A DNA stretch of 64,000 nucleotides from Eledone cirrhosa (GCA_964016885.1 CAXHJY010001229.1:62001-126000), one strand, 5' to 3'; positions 38,950-52,140 are shown, numbered from the stretch's first letter. The notes: a model not told the origin generated them from the sequence alone. Numbers and translations are program-made.

Positions 38950-40240
38950 ATATTTCTGCTAAATCGTTAGAGATAGAGATAGACCCAAGCAGAGCTACAG
39001 CTTGAGTTCTGCCAATTAGAACATGACTTATTGATCTCTCAGCCACTTATCCATTGAAGATATAAATAGACGATGATTTATTGATTATAGAAAAATTATA
39101 ATTGTCCCAAAAAATTTATTTTCACTCTACCAACATCAGAAAAATCACCAAACTATTTAACACCAATATTGCTCAATATCTTTTAACAACTACTTCACAT
39201 TTATTGTTGCCTAAGCTGAAAGCAAATGAAAATGTTAACTTCAGTCGATAGGCTTCAAACATTTAACCCTTTAGCATTTAAACCAGCCATATCTGGCCAG
39301 AACTCTTTCACCTCTTTCTGTTCAAACCGGCTATAACCAGCTGCTCATACCAATGTCAAGGTATTGTTTTCAAAATAAATAATATCAAAATCTCATAGAT
39401 TCAATATTATGTGAGATAAAGCCTTTACTCTGAAAATATGATAGTATATATAGAGTAATATAAATGCTAAAGGGTTAAAGAGGACTTTCATGTTGCATAA
39501 GCATTTTTGACAATAAAATCTGATGTGCAAGCACTTTTTGTGCCAATATTTCTGCCTATTTTACTACTCATCATTCCACCAAGCACAAAACAGATTTTCT
39601 TTACAGACGCAAAGGATCTTTTGTTACTGTGATCAGAGTATCACATACTTCTTCATCAATAAAATTCTGCCACTTCTATAGTTTCATCACTCAGATGTAG
39701 TATATGTGGGAGTTATCGCAATTCTTCAGTCACTAATGATGCTGCATCCCATATTGAAGAACTATTGGTGCCTATTACTTATTTCATCTGTAAAATAACA
39801 GGTTAGATACTAGTATATATAAACATATTGTTGTATGTCTTTGTCATCTATCTTTGTTACAGCTTGTTGAAGAAACCAAATATCATTTATTCCTTGTGTA
39901 AAATACCAGGTTAAGTACTAGTATATATAAACAATATAAAGAAACCAACTCAATTTATAACAAAGCAAAAATCTCAATTAAATTCCTCTCTATTCGTAAC
40001 AAAGACTGGAACATTCTGAAATATACACTAAATCTAATTGTTTTGCATTTTTCTGTTTCCAATTAAATATTAAGGCCTAACAAATGTTAGAATGAATTAA
40101 TTTCCTGGTTTGCTTTCCTGTGTCTGTATTCTAATTCTAAACTATATTCAGAGTTGGTGAGCTTAGCACAACAACTCTGAAACTGACACATATACAACTC
40201 TTCCTCAACAAATATTAGTGACGTTTCATACTCTACCTTC
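38950..40240 (-). pseudogene. Possible decayed, unidentified coding region interrupted by a MITE
   Basis: Protein-like stretches with stops and frameshifts: VEYETSLIFVEEELYMCQFQSCC..., YLTWYFTQGINDIWFLQQAVTKIDDKDIQQYV, SSIWDAASLVTEELR*LPHILHLSDETIEVAE, IDEEVCDTLITVTKDPLRL, AEILAQKVLAHQILLSKMLMQHESPL*MFEAYRLKL. No family recognised. Confidence 0.35.
39267..39474 (+). mobile_element. piggyBac-type MITE with TTAA target-site duplication
   Basis: TTAA|CCCTTTAGCATTTA ... TAAATGCTAAAGGG|TTAA, perfect 14-bp TIR. Confidence 0.93.
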
Positions 40241-40305
40241 TTTTTATTAACGAGAAGACAAAATAGTAATATATAATATTGCATTATATTATAATATATC
40301 ATGTG

Positions 40306-40515
40306 GATTGGCAGAATCAGTAGAGTGTTGGGAAAAATCCCATTATGGTATTTGTTCTGGCTCTTTACATTCTGAGTTGAAATCCCATCAAGGTCAACTT
40401 TAACTTTCATCCTTTTGGGATTGATGAAATAAAATACCAGTCAAGTAGTGGTGTTTATTTAATCAACTTTGCCCATCTCCCAAATTTGCTGGCTTTGTGC
40501 CTAAATTAAAATTCA
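40306..40515 (+). mobile_element. SINE family 1 copy (older, diverged)
   Basis: ATTGGCAGAATC..TCTGAGTTGAAATCCC..AGGTCAACTTT..CTTTCATCC..GCTGGCTTTGTGCCTAAA. Confidence 0.75.
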
Positions 40516-41121
40516 ATAGTCCTGGATTCAATCTCATTGCAAGGCATCTTGGACAAGTGTCTTTACTATAACCTCAAGTCAACCCAAAATGGATTATACC
40601 AATTATTTGAAAATCTAGCCTGTGTCACATATTGTGTTAAGCTGAATTGACTTGGGAATTACATGAAAGCTGCATGTATCTGTGGAATACTCAGCCACTT
40701 TCACTATAATATAAAATGGATTGTACCTGTAATTTGAAGGTCCAACATGTGTTACATATTAAGCTTGGGAATTAAGGAGGCCACATATCTGTGGAATACT
40801 CAACCATCTACATGTTAATTAGAGTCAGATATTCAATTTATCAAACAACTAAATGCTCATCATTAAATAGATGAAGATTGCATCATCATTGTTACATAAT
40901 CATAATAGAGTTACAGCTATAAAAAAGAACCCCATCTTCATCTTATAAAAACATGACTTGGCTGTGTGATTAAGGAGTTTGCTTTGCAGCTACATGGTTT
41001 CAGTTTTAGTCCCACTATGTGATACTATATACAAATGTTTACTACTAGAGCTTCAGAGTGGCTAATGCCATGTCAGTGAAATTTGGTGGCCCAAAACTGA
41101 AGAAGTCCATCATATATATAT

Positions 41122-41307
41122 AATTGTTTCTACTTTAGGCACAAGGCCAGCAATTACCCAGTACATTACTGGTACTTTATTTTATCGACCCCGTAAGGAT
41201 GAAAGGCAAAGTTAACCTCAGCGGGATTTGAACTCAAACCGTAAAGGGACGTAACTATGCTAGAAAGCATGGCGTCCAACCCTCTACCGATACTGCCAAT
41301 TCACCGT
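41122..41307 (-). mobile_element. SINE family 1 copy, full length
   Basis: Near-identical reverse complement of 2538-2720. Confidence 0.9.
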
Positions 41308-41619
41308 CCATCATATATATATAATATATATAGATATAGGCATTCACATCTATCTTTGTATCTACCTACACACACAATGTGCAACCTTAATACACCAAAA
41401 CTGTAGTGATTTCCAGAGGTTGACTGCGAAGGGACATTTTTTTCTGTTGTTTTTGTCCTGTGTGCCCCCTGTTTTTGATTCATATTTCTTATAGATTTAG
41501 CCATGCAAGCCTTTTTAACATCTCTCAAAAAATAAACTTTTAACTGTCGGATACCTATCTTCCTTCCTTTCCTTTGCCTCCCTATCATTTTTCTTTGTCC
41601 TCAACTATATAGTAATCCT

Positions 41620-42836
41620 TAACTGTATAGTAACGTATGTTGATCCAATCTTTCACATCAATCAAAACGGTTTTAGGTGTGGTAGATCTACACTTGCACA
41701 GATTTTGGCCTTGAGAAGAGTAGTGGAAGAGATGAGACAAATAGCTCTAGTTTTTGTTGACTTTAGAAAAGCTTTTGACAGCATAAACAGAAACATTCTG
41801 TTTGAAATTCTACCCTTGTATGGCATCCCAGCAAGACTTGTGGAAGCAATTAAGGCTCTGTATCTCAACACAAGTGCCAGTATCATCACCCCTGATGGCC
41901 CAACAGAGTTCTTTGACATCTCAGCAGGAGTGCTGCAAGATGACACTCTTGCCCCATTCCTCTTTATCATTGCACTAGACTATGCCCTGAGACTCTCCAT
42001 TGACAAAATCATTAACAAAGGTATAACCATCAAACCCCACTTGAGCTCTAGGCACCCCTCCAAACATCTCACTGACCTCGAATTTGCAGATGACATTGCA
42101 CTTCTTGCAGATTGCCTAGAAAATACACAACAATTTTTGACATCTCTCCAGGAAGCAGCCGCCTTGTTGGCCTTCATCTCAACGAGGGTAAACCAGAGTA
42201 CATATCAAATTGTACAGGCAACAGGATCAAAGCAATCAATGGCAGTGATATCAAGCAAGTCAAGGATTTCAAGTATCTTGGGTCCTGGATCATGGACTCT
42301 GAGAAGGATTTCACCACAGAAGGGCCCAAGCATGGTCAGCTTGCAACAAGATGGATCGAGTTTGGGGCTCAAATCTTTCCAACCACACCAAAATCAGACT
42401 CTTCCAAGTAACAATTCAACTAATCTTGCTATATGGAAGTAAAACATGGACACTTTCATCCAAACAACAAAAGTGCCTTGATGGCACTTACACTCGCCAG
42501 CTTCAACACATTCAGAACATAAGCTGGCGACATCTGACTTTGAGAGAAATATATGCCGGCCTACCACGCATATCTGATGTTGTACGTAAAAGGAGAGTAA
42601 GATTTGCTGGCCATTGCCATTGTGCCACCTATGAGGTTGTGTCTCCATCAATGCTTTGGAAACCACAAGCAGTTACTAATAACAGGGGTCACATGCTCTC
42701 CTATCCTGATGTCATCTCTAGAGATACTGGTATTGAAATCCAGAACTTGGCAACGGCAATGAACGACAGACCCACGTGGAGATCAATTGTTGAGTTCATT
42801 CCGGCAGAGGCCGCCGGATGATGATGATGATGATGC
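41620..42836 (+). mobile_element. 5'-truncated RTE-clade LINE (second subfamily) with (GAT)n tail
   Basis: QNGFR.GRST.AQILALRRVVE, FVDFRKAFDSI, GVLQDDTLAPFLF, LEFADDIALL, FKYLGS, ILLYGSKTW and RFAGHC; the stop codon runs into GATGATGAT. Confidence 0.95.
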
Positions 42837-43217
42837 CATACTGGATACACTTAGCTTTTTGAAAATTTCCCAGCCTAGTTTCAAAGCATGACAGGCCAGC
42901 TGGCCCAGACAGACATGAGGGAAGTAGATATCTAAGGACTATGTCGATGTACACCCTTACCCATCACCACACCCCTGATACACCTTTCCTGTCCAACCCA
43001 TGCATGCACACATGGAAAGCTGAACATACTGTATAGTTGTGGTGTTGGTGCTACAATAACAAAAAGCACCCAGACAACCCTATAAGGTGGAGGTACTGGT
43101 GCTAGACAAAAAAACACCCAGTTCACCCTGTAAAATGGTTGTACTGATGCCATAACAAAAACTACTTTATTGAATGGATGAGAAAGTGGTGGGGGTGGGG
43201 GTGGGGATGGAGCAGGA

Positions 43218-43445
43218 TGACCACTTTACAGTGTGGGCAGGGTGCTTTTTGTTGTGACACATACACGACCACCTTACAGTGTAGGCTGGGTCCTTTTTGT
43301 CATGACACCTACATGACTACTTTACAGTGTAGGCTGGGTCCTTTTTGTCATGACACCTACATGACTACTTTACAGTGTAGGCTGGGTCCTTTTTGTCATG
43401 ACACCTACACGACCACTTTACAGTGTGGGCTGGATATGTTTTGTC
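43218..43445. repeat. 48-bp tandem repeat, ~4.7 copies, part of a dispersed composite element
   Basis: Period of 48 bp (GACACCT at 43304 and 43352). Related arrays at 3430-3690, 36970-37140, 55910-56070, 61880-61950 and 62445-62690. Confidence 0.9.
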
Positions 43446-43574
43446 CTCAGTGTAAAGAGGATGTGGGCAGGAGTGGGTGGGTGTTGGTATAGTGGCCTAC
43501 TAGGTGAATGTTTGAGTATGTGCACATGGCAAGACGTGTCTTCTATATTACTGTGTAATGCCAAGTCAGAAAAA

Positions 43575-46500
43575 GAAAAAAAGAGACACCATACTTCTAT
43601 GATGGATGGGCTCTGGGAAATGGTCCAGCTACCAAATTGGTCCTTTCAGTGCTTGGCTTGTATGTCTGCCTCTACCCTGTTGAACAACCGACGATCGTGT
43701 CTTCCTCTATTATTGTTCCTGAACAACAGCAAAAACCAATGACTGTAGCTTCCGCTACTACTCCTTTTAAAGGACTTCATCAACAACAACAACCCATGTC
43801 TTCCTCCCCCGTTACTTTTCAACAACAACTGACGACTGTGTCTTCCCCTACCATGCCTGTTGAAGAAGAAGAACAACAACAACAAAAATCGACCGTCAAT
43901 ACAGAGTTTGTGGAAATACGGCAAATGATTTCCACTTTAAGCCGAGAAATAGCAGGAATCAAATCAAGCGTTTGTGTAGAACCTCACAATGAAGGATCTT
44001 ACCGGAGTGCCTTGCTAAAAAATCCCCGCGTACCTCTTGCCGAATCTAGATGCATTGAGAATGCTACAAAGTGATTGCCATTGGTGTTCCAGAAGACATA
44101 GTTGATCTTCAGACATTTTCTGCCAGTTCATGCAAAGACTTGGATTGTGCTCCCCTGAAGAGTGCTCTATGCCTTGCCCGACCAGGTCCAAAACCCAGGC
44201 TAATTAGACTGTCTTTTTCGAACTCAACTGAGGCATGTTCATATCTTTTGGCCTCTGATAAAGCTAGGCGTGAAAGTCAGATTGCCTTCCGAACACACCC
44301 TAGTCTTCCACCTGATGTCTGCTCAAAGCTGCCTGCTGCAGCTTCCTTAAACCGCAACTCAGCAGAACATGAAAGTTTCAGTCTACATGATGATGGGCAG
44401 ATATGGAAGTTTATTAAGGCTGGTGAAACATGGAAAAGAGATACCAGCTGGTCTGAAAACACCATACCCACAACAACTGACAATAAAAAAAACTGAAAAA
44501 ACTCTGGGAAAGAAAATCAGAACAACCTGCCATCCCCTGCACATAATCATAGACTGGAATCAAGGTACAAATTGTTGTCCATGAATGCACATAGTCTATG
44601 CAATAAGATACATCTTTTTGACTCCTATGTCAAAAGTATCAACCCTGACTTCATTAGAGTCACAGAAACATGGGCACATTCCTTACTCTGTGATGGGGTT
44701 TTCAGCAAAACTGGCTACAACGTGTTCCGTAAAGACCGCATTAATCGTCCTCATGGTGGTGTAATGGTCTATGTTCGGTCTAATTTTTCAACAAGTCCTT
44801 GTGTTGATTTGAACCAATCACAGCAAGAAGTATTTTTCTGCGATATACGTATGACCATGTCAACACTGCTACTTGGAGTAATTTACCGTCCCCCAAATTA
44901 CCTTCAGGAAACTCAACTTTGTAATATTCTCAGAACTGCTGCCAGGAAAACAGCCACTTATGTTTTTATTGCAGGAGACTTCAATTATCCTGAGATTGAC
45001 TGGGAAACCTTTCGTTGGCCGCAAAGTGCAAATGACTTCCTTGAGCTAGTGCTGGACTTGAACTGGTCCCATGTAGTCACCTCCCCAACAAGAGGTGACA
45101 ACACTTTGGACCTACTCTTCACCACTACCCCTGAAATGATTATTAGTGTTACTACTGAGGAACCTTTAGGTGACTCTGATCATGCTATGATCATTGCCAA
45201 TCTGTCCCACATGGGCAGTAACAGACTGGAACTGTTACTGCACCGAGCTGCAACGTCCAAACTGGCTTGAATTTTACGACTCTGGAGATGTCAACACTGT
45301 ACTCCAGAACATCCTGAACTCAATATGGACAGCATGTGCAGCATTGGTGCCACGTAAGCAGAAAAAATATCCCAAAAGTGCAATTTGGGAGACTGCAACA
45401 GTCTGTCTTGCCAGAAAAAAACATTGTAATGTTGAATGTGAGAACAAACTGCATAAATCAGAAATCAATAGCAAAAAGCAAAATAAATCATCCAAACCAT
45501 CTCAAGCTGGTGACAAAGAACGCAGTGCTTCAATTTGAGCAGTGCATAGCCCAACCCTGACAATAAGGTGTTCGGGAAGTATGTTCGCTCAAAGGAGAGG
45601 CCTCACTCTCTAGTTGGTCCTCTTTGCAATCCCCACACAAGCCAGGTTACTGATGACTCCAAGGAATGCGCAGAACTCATTGCTGAATGCTATGCAGGCA
45701 TTTTCACTGTTGAAGACCAGAGTGTACCATCTCCACCACCTCTGACATCAGATTCTATTACAACTATGGAATTTATACCTGCAATGCTGCGACGTCACCT
45801 TAAAGATAAACGCAACCATGCCTCTCCTGGTCTTGATGGTGTTACGTAGCTGCTTCTGAAACATGGTGGGTACTTCCTTCTGCACCAGTTATCACGCTTC
45901 TTCCAATTCTGTCTCAACAACGGTGCTACTCCAGAGCAGTGGAAAACTGCTAGTGTCACTCCGCTGTTCAAAAAGGGTGACCGCACACCACCTGTCAACT
46001 ATCATCCAGTCAGTCTTATTAGCTGCATTGTCAAACTAATGGAATCCTGGAACTCTCACAGTCTTAGCCGGTCCTCGCAATTTGAATTTATCCCTAACTC
46101 CAGCTATTGTGATCAACTTATCGAGTTTCTTGAAGACATCACCCAGATCACTGATGGGTGGATGTTGTTTATCTTGACTTTGCTAAAGCTTTCAATTCTG
46201 TACCATACAAAAGACTTATGGCAAAACTCTCTGCAATGAGTGTGAAGGATGATCTTTTTAACTGGTTGAAGTCCTTCATTCTCAGTCGAAGAGAGGTAGT
46301 TATGGTTCTAGGACAGCTTCCTCACTGTATGAGATGTCATCTGGTGTACTACAGGCATCTGTTCTTGGCCCCCTTTTATTTGTGGCATATATTAATGAAA
46401 TAGATGCCAACTTAAAGAATGCCACAGTACTGAAATATGCAGATGATATCAAGCTTTACCTTGAGATAAAAAGGACAGATCCTGAACACTATAGATCTTG

Positions 46501-47392
46501 CTTGCAGTCTGACATGGACACAATGCAACAATGGATCACTCAAGTTGCCTGTGGACTAGTGTACCACCATGCATTTTGGGAGTAAAAACCCAGCGTCCAC
46601 ATACTCCCTCCACAACACTAATATCAAGAAGTCTTCTTGTGAACGTGACCTGGACATTACGGTCAGCAGCGATTTGCGTTGGATGAAGCACGTCTCTAAA
46701 ATTGTCAAGAAGGCCGAGGGTGTCTTAGCATCACTCAGCAAGACATTTGTCAGCTGCTCTCCAGCTATCTATTTAAAGCTGTATATAGCTATGGTGCGGC
46801 CACACTTAGAATTTGCATCACCAGTCTGGCAACCCTATCTTGTTCAGAACATTGACCGCCTGGAAACTGTTCAGAGATGTGCAACCAAGCGAATACCCTC
46901 CATCAGGTATCTACCATACTCTGAATGCCTTGCTTCCCTGGGCATGGATACATTGAAGCTCCGACATCTGGCAACTGACTTGATAAACACTCACAAAATT
47001 ATTAACCATCTTGCCAACAACAACCCTAAGCACCTTTTTGATTTCCATGTGTCTAACACATTTGGGCATGCCAACAAAGTCAGAAAACAGCACAGCTCCG
47101 GAAACATTTTTTTATGCTCAGAGTTGTTGAAGCATGGAACAAACTACCTGCATCAGTTATTAGCTGTCGAGACACTGTATCCTTTAAAACCTCCATGCTT
47201 CCTGATATTCGCCAACACTACACCTGATATCCCCCCCTCCCCATACACACGCACACATGTATTTCATGACTCGTGCACTGTTCATTTTCCTGACATTTGT
47301 ACATTATTCTATGTACTATACATGCACCTTTGATGAGTTGTAGTGCACCTAAGCACTGTACTCAATAATTTCATTCATTATTATTATTATTA
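43575..47392 (+). mobile_element. Near full-length, frameshifted CR1-clade LINE (ORF1 plus APE-RT ORF2)
   Basis: ORF1 with W.FQCLAC (end of a PHD-like finger), Q-rich linker and IAIGVPE..RPGPKPRLIRLSF. ORF2 APE: MNAHSL, VTETW, GVIYRPP, GDFNYP, SDH. RT: SPGLDG, VTPLFKKG, DVVYLDFAKAF, SGVLQASVLGP, KYADD, VRPHLEFASPVW. The 3' end has a stem-loop and an (ATT)n tail. Confidence 0.95.
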
Positions 47393-47759
47393 TTTTATAT
47401 TTATATATATGTAAACAAGATTGGTGAACTTATTGGGAAATTTGAAATTATAGTCAGCACAATGTAGATAACTAATACTAATATTTAATCCCTATAAATA
47501 ATAGTTGAGAAAATCAGGTAAAATATCCCTGGTGATGGAAAGTAGTGGACAGAAAGACCTGTAGGGAATCAGATCATGCATCTCCTGTATGTTGAGCACT
47601 CAGCTGGCATACTAGAGATGCAAGGTTCAATTCCCCACTAGTGTCTCTGTCCATTTTTTTCATTATAGCCATCTGCATTGTGGCAATTATATTTTCAAAT
47701 TTTTCACACATTCATGCATACACATGCATACACACACGTGCACACACACACATATACAA

Positions 47760-50020
47760 AATATGCAGTAAAATATGGAGATGGAGGGTTTGGAAGCAAA
47801 AGGTCTTTCAGTTAAATATAGATTTAGAAAGGCCCTATGGGTAGCATTTGATGAGAAGGGTGGCGAGCTAGATTTATATAAGGTAGAGGACAATTGGGAA
47901 TTCGTGCATGACAACCTTCTGCAAATTATTGATGAGACTTGTGCCTGGAGCCAGACACAGGGTGATCTGGTGGGGGAACAGCAAAGTGGATAGAGCCATT
48001 AAAGCCAAAAGATAGACATGGAAAAACTGGAAAATTGGGGATAGCAGAGACTGGTACCAGGTAGCTAAGAGAGAAGCTAGACAACAGGTATACATAGCTT
48101 GGAAAGAGGCTAAAGAAAGAAAGTTTGCCAATGTTTTGCAAAGTGAGGATCAGAGATGTGAAGTGTTCTGCATTGCAAGGCAGTGTCAGTGTGAATTGAG
48201 ATGTTGTGAAAAAAATGTGTTCGAAATGACACTGGTGCACTTAGCACCACTGATGCTCAAAAAGAAGAGGCCTGGAAATATTACTATGAGAGATTGATGA
48301 ATGTAGAAAATGAATGGGAGGAAGAAGACTACCCCTAACTTACCCAACAGAATTGCCAGCTTTTAAAGTAGACAGTTATAGGGCCAAAGACGCAATCAAG
48401 GAGATGAAGAATGGTAAAGCTGCGGGACTGTTAGAGATAGTTGCCAATATGCTAAAAACATCAAGAGAAGTATGATCTGAACTAGTAATCTGTATAGTCA
48501 ATCAGGTAGTACAGGACGGAGTCATATCCAATGACTGGTGCAGTAATACAATCATAAATTGTTACAAAGGTAAAAGGTGATGCTCTAGAAAGGAGAAACT
48601 ATAGAGAAATAAAACCAATGGACCCAGTGATGGAAAGAGTTATAGTACAGCTAATTAGGAGAAGAGTCAAATTAAATGAGATGCAGTTCAGTTTCATGTC
48701 TGGAAAAAGTACTACAAATGTCCTCTTATTAGTGAGGCAACTACAAAAGAAGTTCTTAGCCAAGAATAAGTCACTATACCTAGCTTTTGCTAATCTATGA
48801 AAGGCCTTTGACAAAGTACCTTGATTTATTATCTCGTGGTCCTTAAGGAAATTAGGTGTAGATAAATGGCCTGTGAGAGTCATGCAAGGGTGCAAACCAT
48901 GTACAGAGGGGCTGTCAGTAAAGTAAGAGTAGGAAGTGAGTTTAGTGAGGAATTCAAGGGACAGGTAGGTTCATCAGGGTTCAGTTCTTAACCCACTGCT
49001 ATTCATTATAGTTCTCCATTCTATAACAGAGGAGTTGAAGACTGGCTGTCCATGGGAACATCTCTATGCAGATGATCTGGTCCTTACTGCTAAATCCATA
49101 AAAAAAACTAGAGAACAGAAACAGATTTGGAATCAAATGGTCTTAAAGTAAACTTAGCCAACACTAAAATGCTAGTAAGTAGGAAAGACAATAGGGCCCT
49201 CAGAGAAGTGGTTCTGAATTATATGTAGAAAATGAGTAGGCATAAACTCTATAAGCTGTGCACAATGTAAATCTTGGGTACACAAGAAATGTAGTGGGAT
49301 AACAGGTAAACTAACAGGAAAGCAAGACTTCATATGTAGAAGGTGCACATGAGTAATCGAGGGGAAGAGTGTCATTGATATAAACCTCTTCAAGTCACAG
49401 GAAGGATCCATAGAAGTAGTTGATAGCTTCTGCTATCTAGGCAACATAGTTAGAAGCAGAGGAGGATGCTCTGAGAGCATAGAATAAGGATAAGATGGAA
49501 AAGGTTCAGAGAGTTACTCCCACTGTTGACCACAAAAGGTTTCTCCCTATGTACAAAAGGACAACTGTATGATGCCTGTGTGCGAAGTGGAATGCTTACA
49601 TGATAGTGAAATATGGACAATAAAGGCAGAGGACATACATAGACCAGAGAGAAATGAAGCAACCATGCTTTATTGGATATGCAATGCAAAAATGTGAGAG
49701 AAAGGCAGAGCTTGGATGAGCTGGGGGAGAAGCTGGGTTTAAGAGGAATCTGAAGTGGTGTGCAGCAGGAGAGAAAACTGTATTGGTACAGATATGTGAT
49801 GCACAAGAATGATGATCGCTGGGTGAAGAAGTGCCAGGAAATCCCAGTGGAAGGAAGCCACAGTAGAGATAAACCAAGGAAGATCTGGTGAAAGCTGATC
49901 TCAAATCACTGAGACTTACAGAGGAGATGGATGACAAAGTAACATGGCAAGTGGAGAGACACTCTGCTGAAAAGGACCCATCCAATCTATGCAAGCATGG
50001 AAAAATGATGATGATGATGA
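47760..50020 (+). mobile_element. Decayed RTE (BovB-like) LINE with (GAT)n tail
   Basis: LNEMQFSFMSGKSTTNVLLLVRQLQKK..LYLAFANL*KAFDKVP, HQGSVL.PLLF, LYADDLVL, Cys-rich region, DSFCYLG; 3' end GCAAGCATGGAAAAATGATGATG. Confidence 0.93.
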
Positions 50021-50036
50021 TATACGTATATATATT

Positions 50037-50114
50037 CAGAGTGTTCCAAAAAAATGCATACATGCTTTGACTAGAATGCTGTTGAAGTGTGTATACATTT
50101 TTGGGGTCATCCTG
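50037..50114. mobile_element. ~80-bp Tc1/mariner-derived palindromic MITE
   Basis: CAGAGTGTTCCAAAAAAATGCATACA ... TGTATACATTTTTGGGGTCATCCTG|TA, imperfect inverted arms. Confidence 0.65.
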
Positions 50115-50171
50115 TATATATATCAACCCTTATTATTATATATATATATATCAACCCTTATTATTATTATA

Positions 50172-50482
50172 TATATATATATATATAAAACTGAGGATGT
50201 CTGTCTGTGTGTGTGTGAGTTTGAATCCCTAAAACTAGAGAACCACCCAACCGACTGTTTTCAAACTTTACAAATGTAATACTTATGTTTCAGGGAGTGT
50301 TCTGAACAAAAAAAAAATTCAAATTTGCAATGCCCTAGGGACCGCATTAGGCGATTTAACGATCTCTCTCTATAAATCTTAGTCTTACTCTTTTTAGATA
50401 GATACATACATATAACGTCGCGCCCTTATAATATTTGTCTGTATGTCTGTTGTCTGCATTACGTCACTTCCCTGAGGATGTC

Positions 50483-50528
<46 letters not shown>

Positions 50529-51113
50529 TGTGAGTTTGAATCTCTAAAACTCGAGAAGTACCCAACCGATTTTTTTCAAACTTTACATGTGTATTACTTA
50601 TGTTTCAGGGAGTATTATGCACATATATTCAGCTTTTTGATCTCCTAGGGCCCGCATTAGGTGACAAACTGCATTTTAAAAGCTTTTTAAGGGGTTTTTT
50701 GAGGCGTTACGTCAGACCGATTTCCTTGAAATTGTAACTATGTATTAGTCAGTCTCTTCTTCATACCGTGAGCAAAGAAAATCCAACTTTTTTATGACCT
50801 AGGGCCCGCATTAGGTGAAAAACTTCATTTTGTTTTCAGCCTTTTAGGGCTTTTTTGAGGCGTTACGTCTAGCCGATTTTCCCGAAATTTCAAGGCATAT
50901 TATGCACATAAAAAAAATTATTTTCTTGATCCCCTAGGGCCCGCATTAGTTGAAAACCTGCATTTTTCCTGCTTCATTGAGGAACATCTTAAAGATTATC
51001 CAGCCATCAGAGTTTATTTTCTTTACATATTGTCCAGGCATGCAGCTTTTCCACGATTAGGTCTGTTGGCGGCCCGCGTTCCAAAATACCTTATCCCGTG
51101 CAACGCCGGGTAC

Positions 51114-51118
<5 letters not shown>
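50172..51118 (+). mobile_element. Non-autonomous Helitron with internal duplications
   Basis: 5' (TA)n-AAAACTGAGGATGTCTGTCTGTGTGTG head, repeated at ~50472; four copies of CCTAGGG(A/C)CCGCATTAG; 3' hairpin CCCGTGCAACGCCGGG then TACCACTAT (variant of CTRR) running into (TA)n. Confidence 0.8.
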
Positions 51119-51141
<23 letters not shown>

Positions 51142-51147
<6 letters not shown>

Positions 51148-52002
51148 GGAAAAAATGAAACGAAATTTCATTTCCCACTCTTAGTACGGCTGTTACTTAA
51201 ATATAAGTATGTACACGTACATACATATATGTATACAGACGTACAGTAGTATGTATATATATATACATACATGCACACATATATATATGTACGTATGGAT
51301 TCACCGAACATTTATTATAATGCTATGTGTGTTTGTAAACAAACATCCCGTATTAAGCCGTAGTGTCTAGCAACCATCGTTGCTCGTTTGTTCAACACTG
51401 ACAAAGGAACGCTATACTAGTTTCAAGCTTATTAGCTATCGTCAGCAACGTATACCTTCCTGGCAGATTGTTGAACGTATATACTTACCTTATGCATATT
51501 AACGGCTGAGTAGCCCAATTTGCATATCGAGTGGGTTAATTGACCGGGTGCACCGAAAACGATAAACGGAAAAAATGAAACTAAATTTCATTTCCCACTC
51601 TTAGTACGGCTGTACTTAAATAGAAGTATGTACACGTACATACATATATGTATACAGACGTACAGTAGTATGTATATATATATATACATGTACACATGTA
51701 TAATTATATAATATGCATAAGGTAAGTATATACGTTCAACAATCTGGCAGGAAGGTATACGTTGCTGACGATAGCTAATAAGCTTGAAACTAGTACAGCG
51801 TTCCTTTGTCAGTGTTGAACAAACGAGCAACGATGGTTGCTGGACACTACGGCTTAATACGGGATGTTTGTTTACAAACATATCGAGCATTATAATAAAT
51901 GTTCGGTGAATCCATACGTACATATATATGTGTGTGCATGTATGAATATATATATACATACTACTGTACGTCTGTATACATATATGTATGTACGTGTACA
52001 TA

Positions 52003-52009
<7 letters not shown>
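51142..52009. repeat. Combined direct and inverted duplication
   Basis: 51142-51280 is repeated directly at 51563-51700. 51200-51500 is repeated in inverted orientation at 51710-52009 with only scattered differences. Confidence 0.93.
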
Positions 52010-52036
<27 letters not shown>

Positions 52037-52044
52037 CGAGTAGG

Positions 52045-52140
52045 ACCCCGACGGCTGAGCTCAAGCCGTTTCGACGGCTAATTCTGGACTAAATGAACAT
52101 TTTTATCCTGGTACATGAATAGCCGAGCTTCTCAGGGGGT
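52045..52140 (-). ncRNA. Type I hammerhead ribozyme fold with one core deviation (G8>A)
   Basis: Minus strand: ACCCC (stem I) - CUGAGAA - G CU CGGCUAUUC...GAAUUAGCCG U C (stem II) - GAA - ACGGC UUGAGCUCA GCCGU (stem III) - C - GGGGU (stem I'). GUC cleavage triplet at 52052-52050. Confidence 0.75.
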
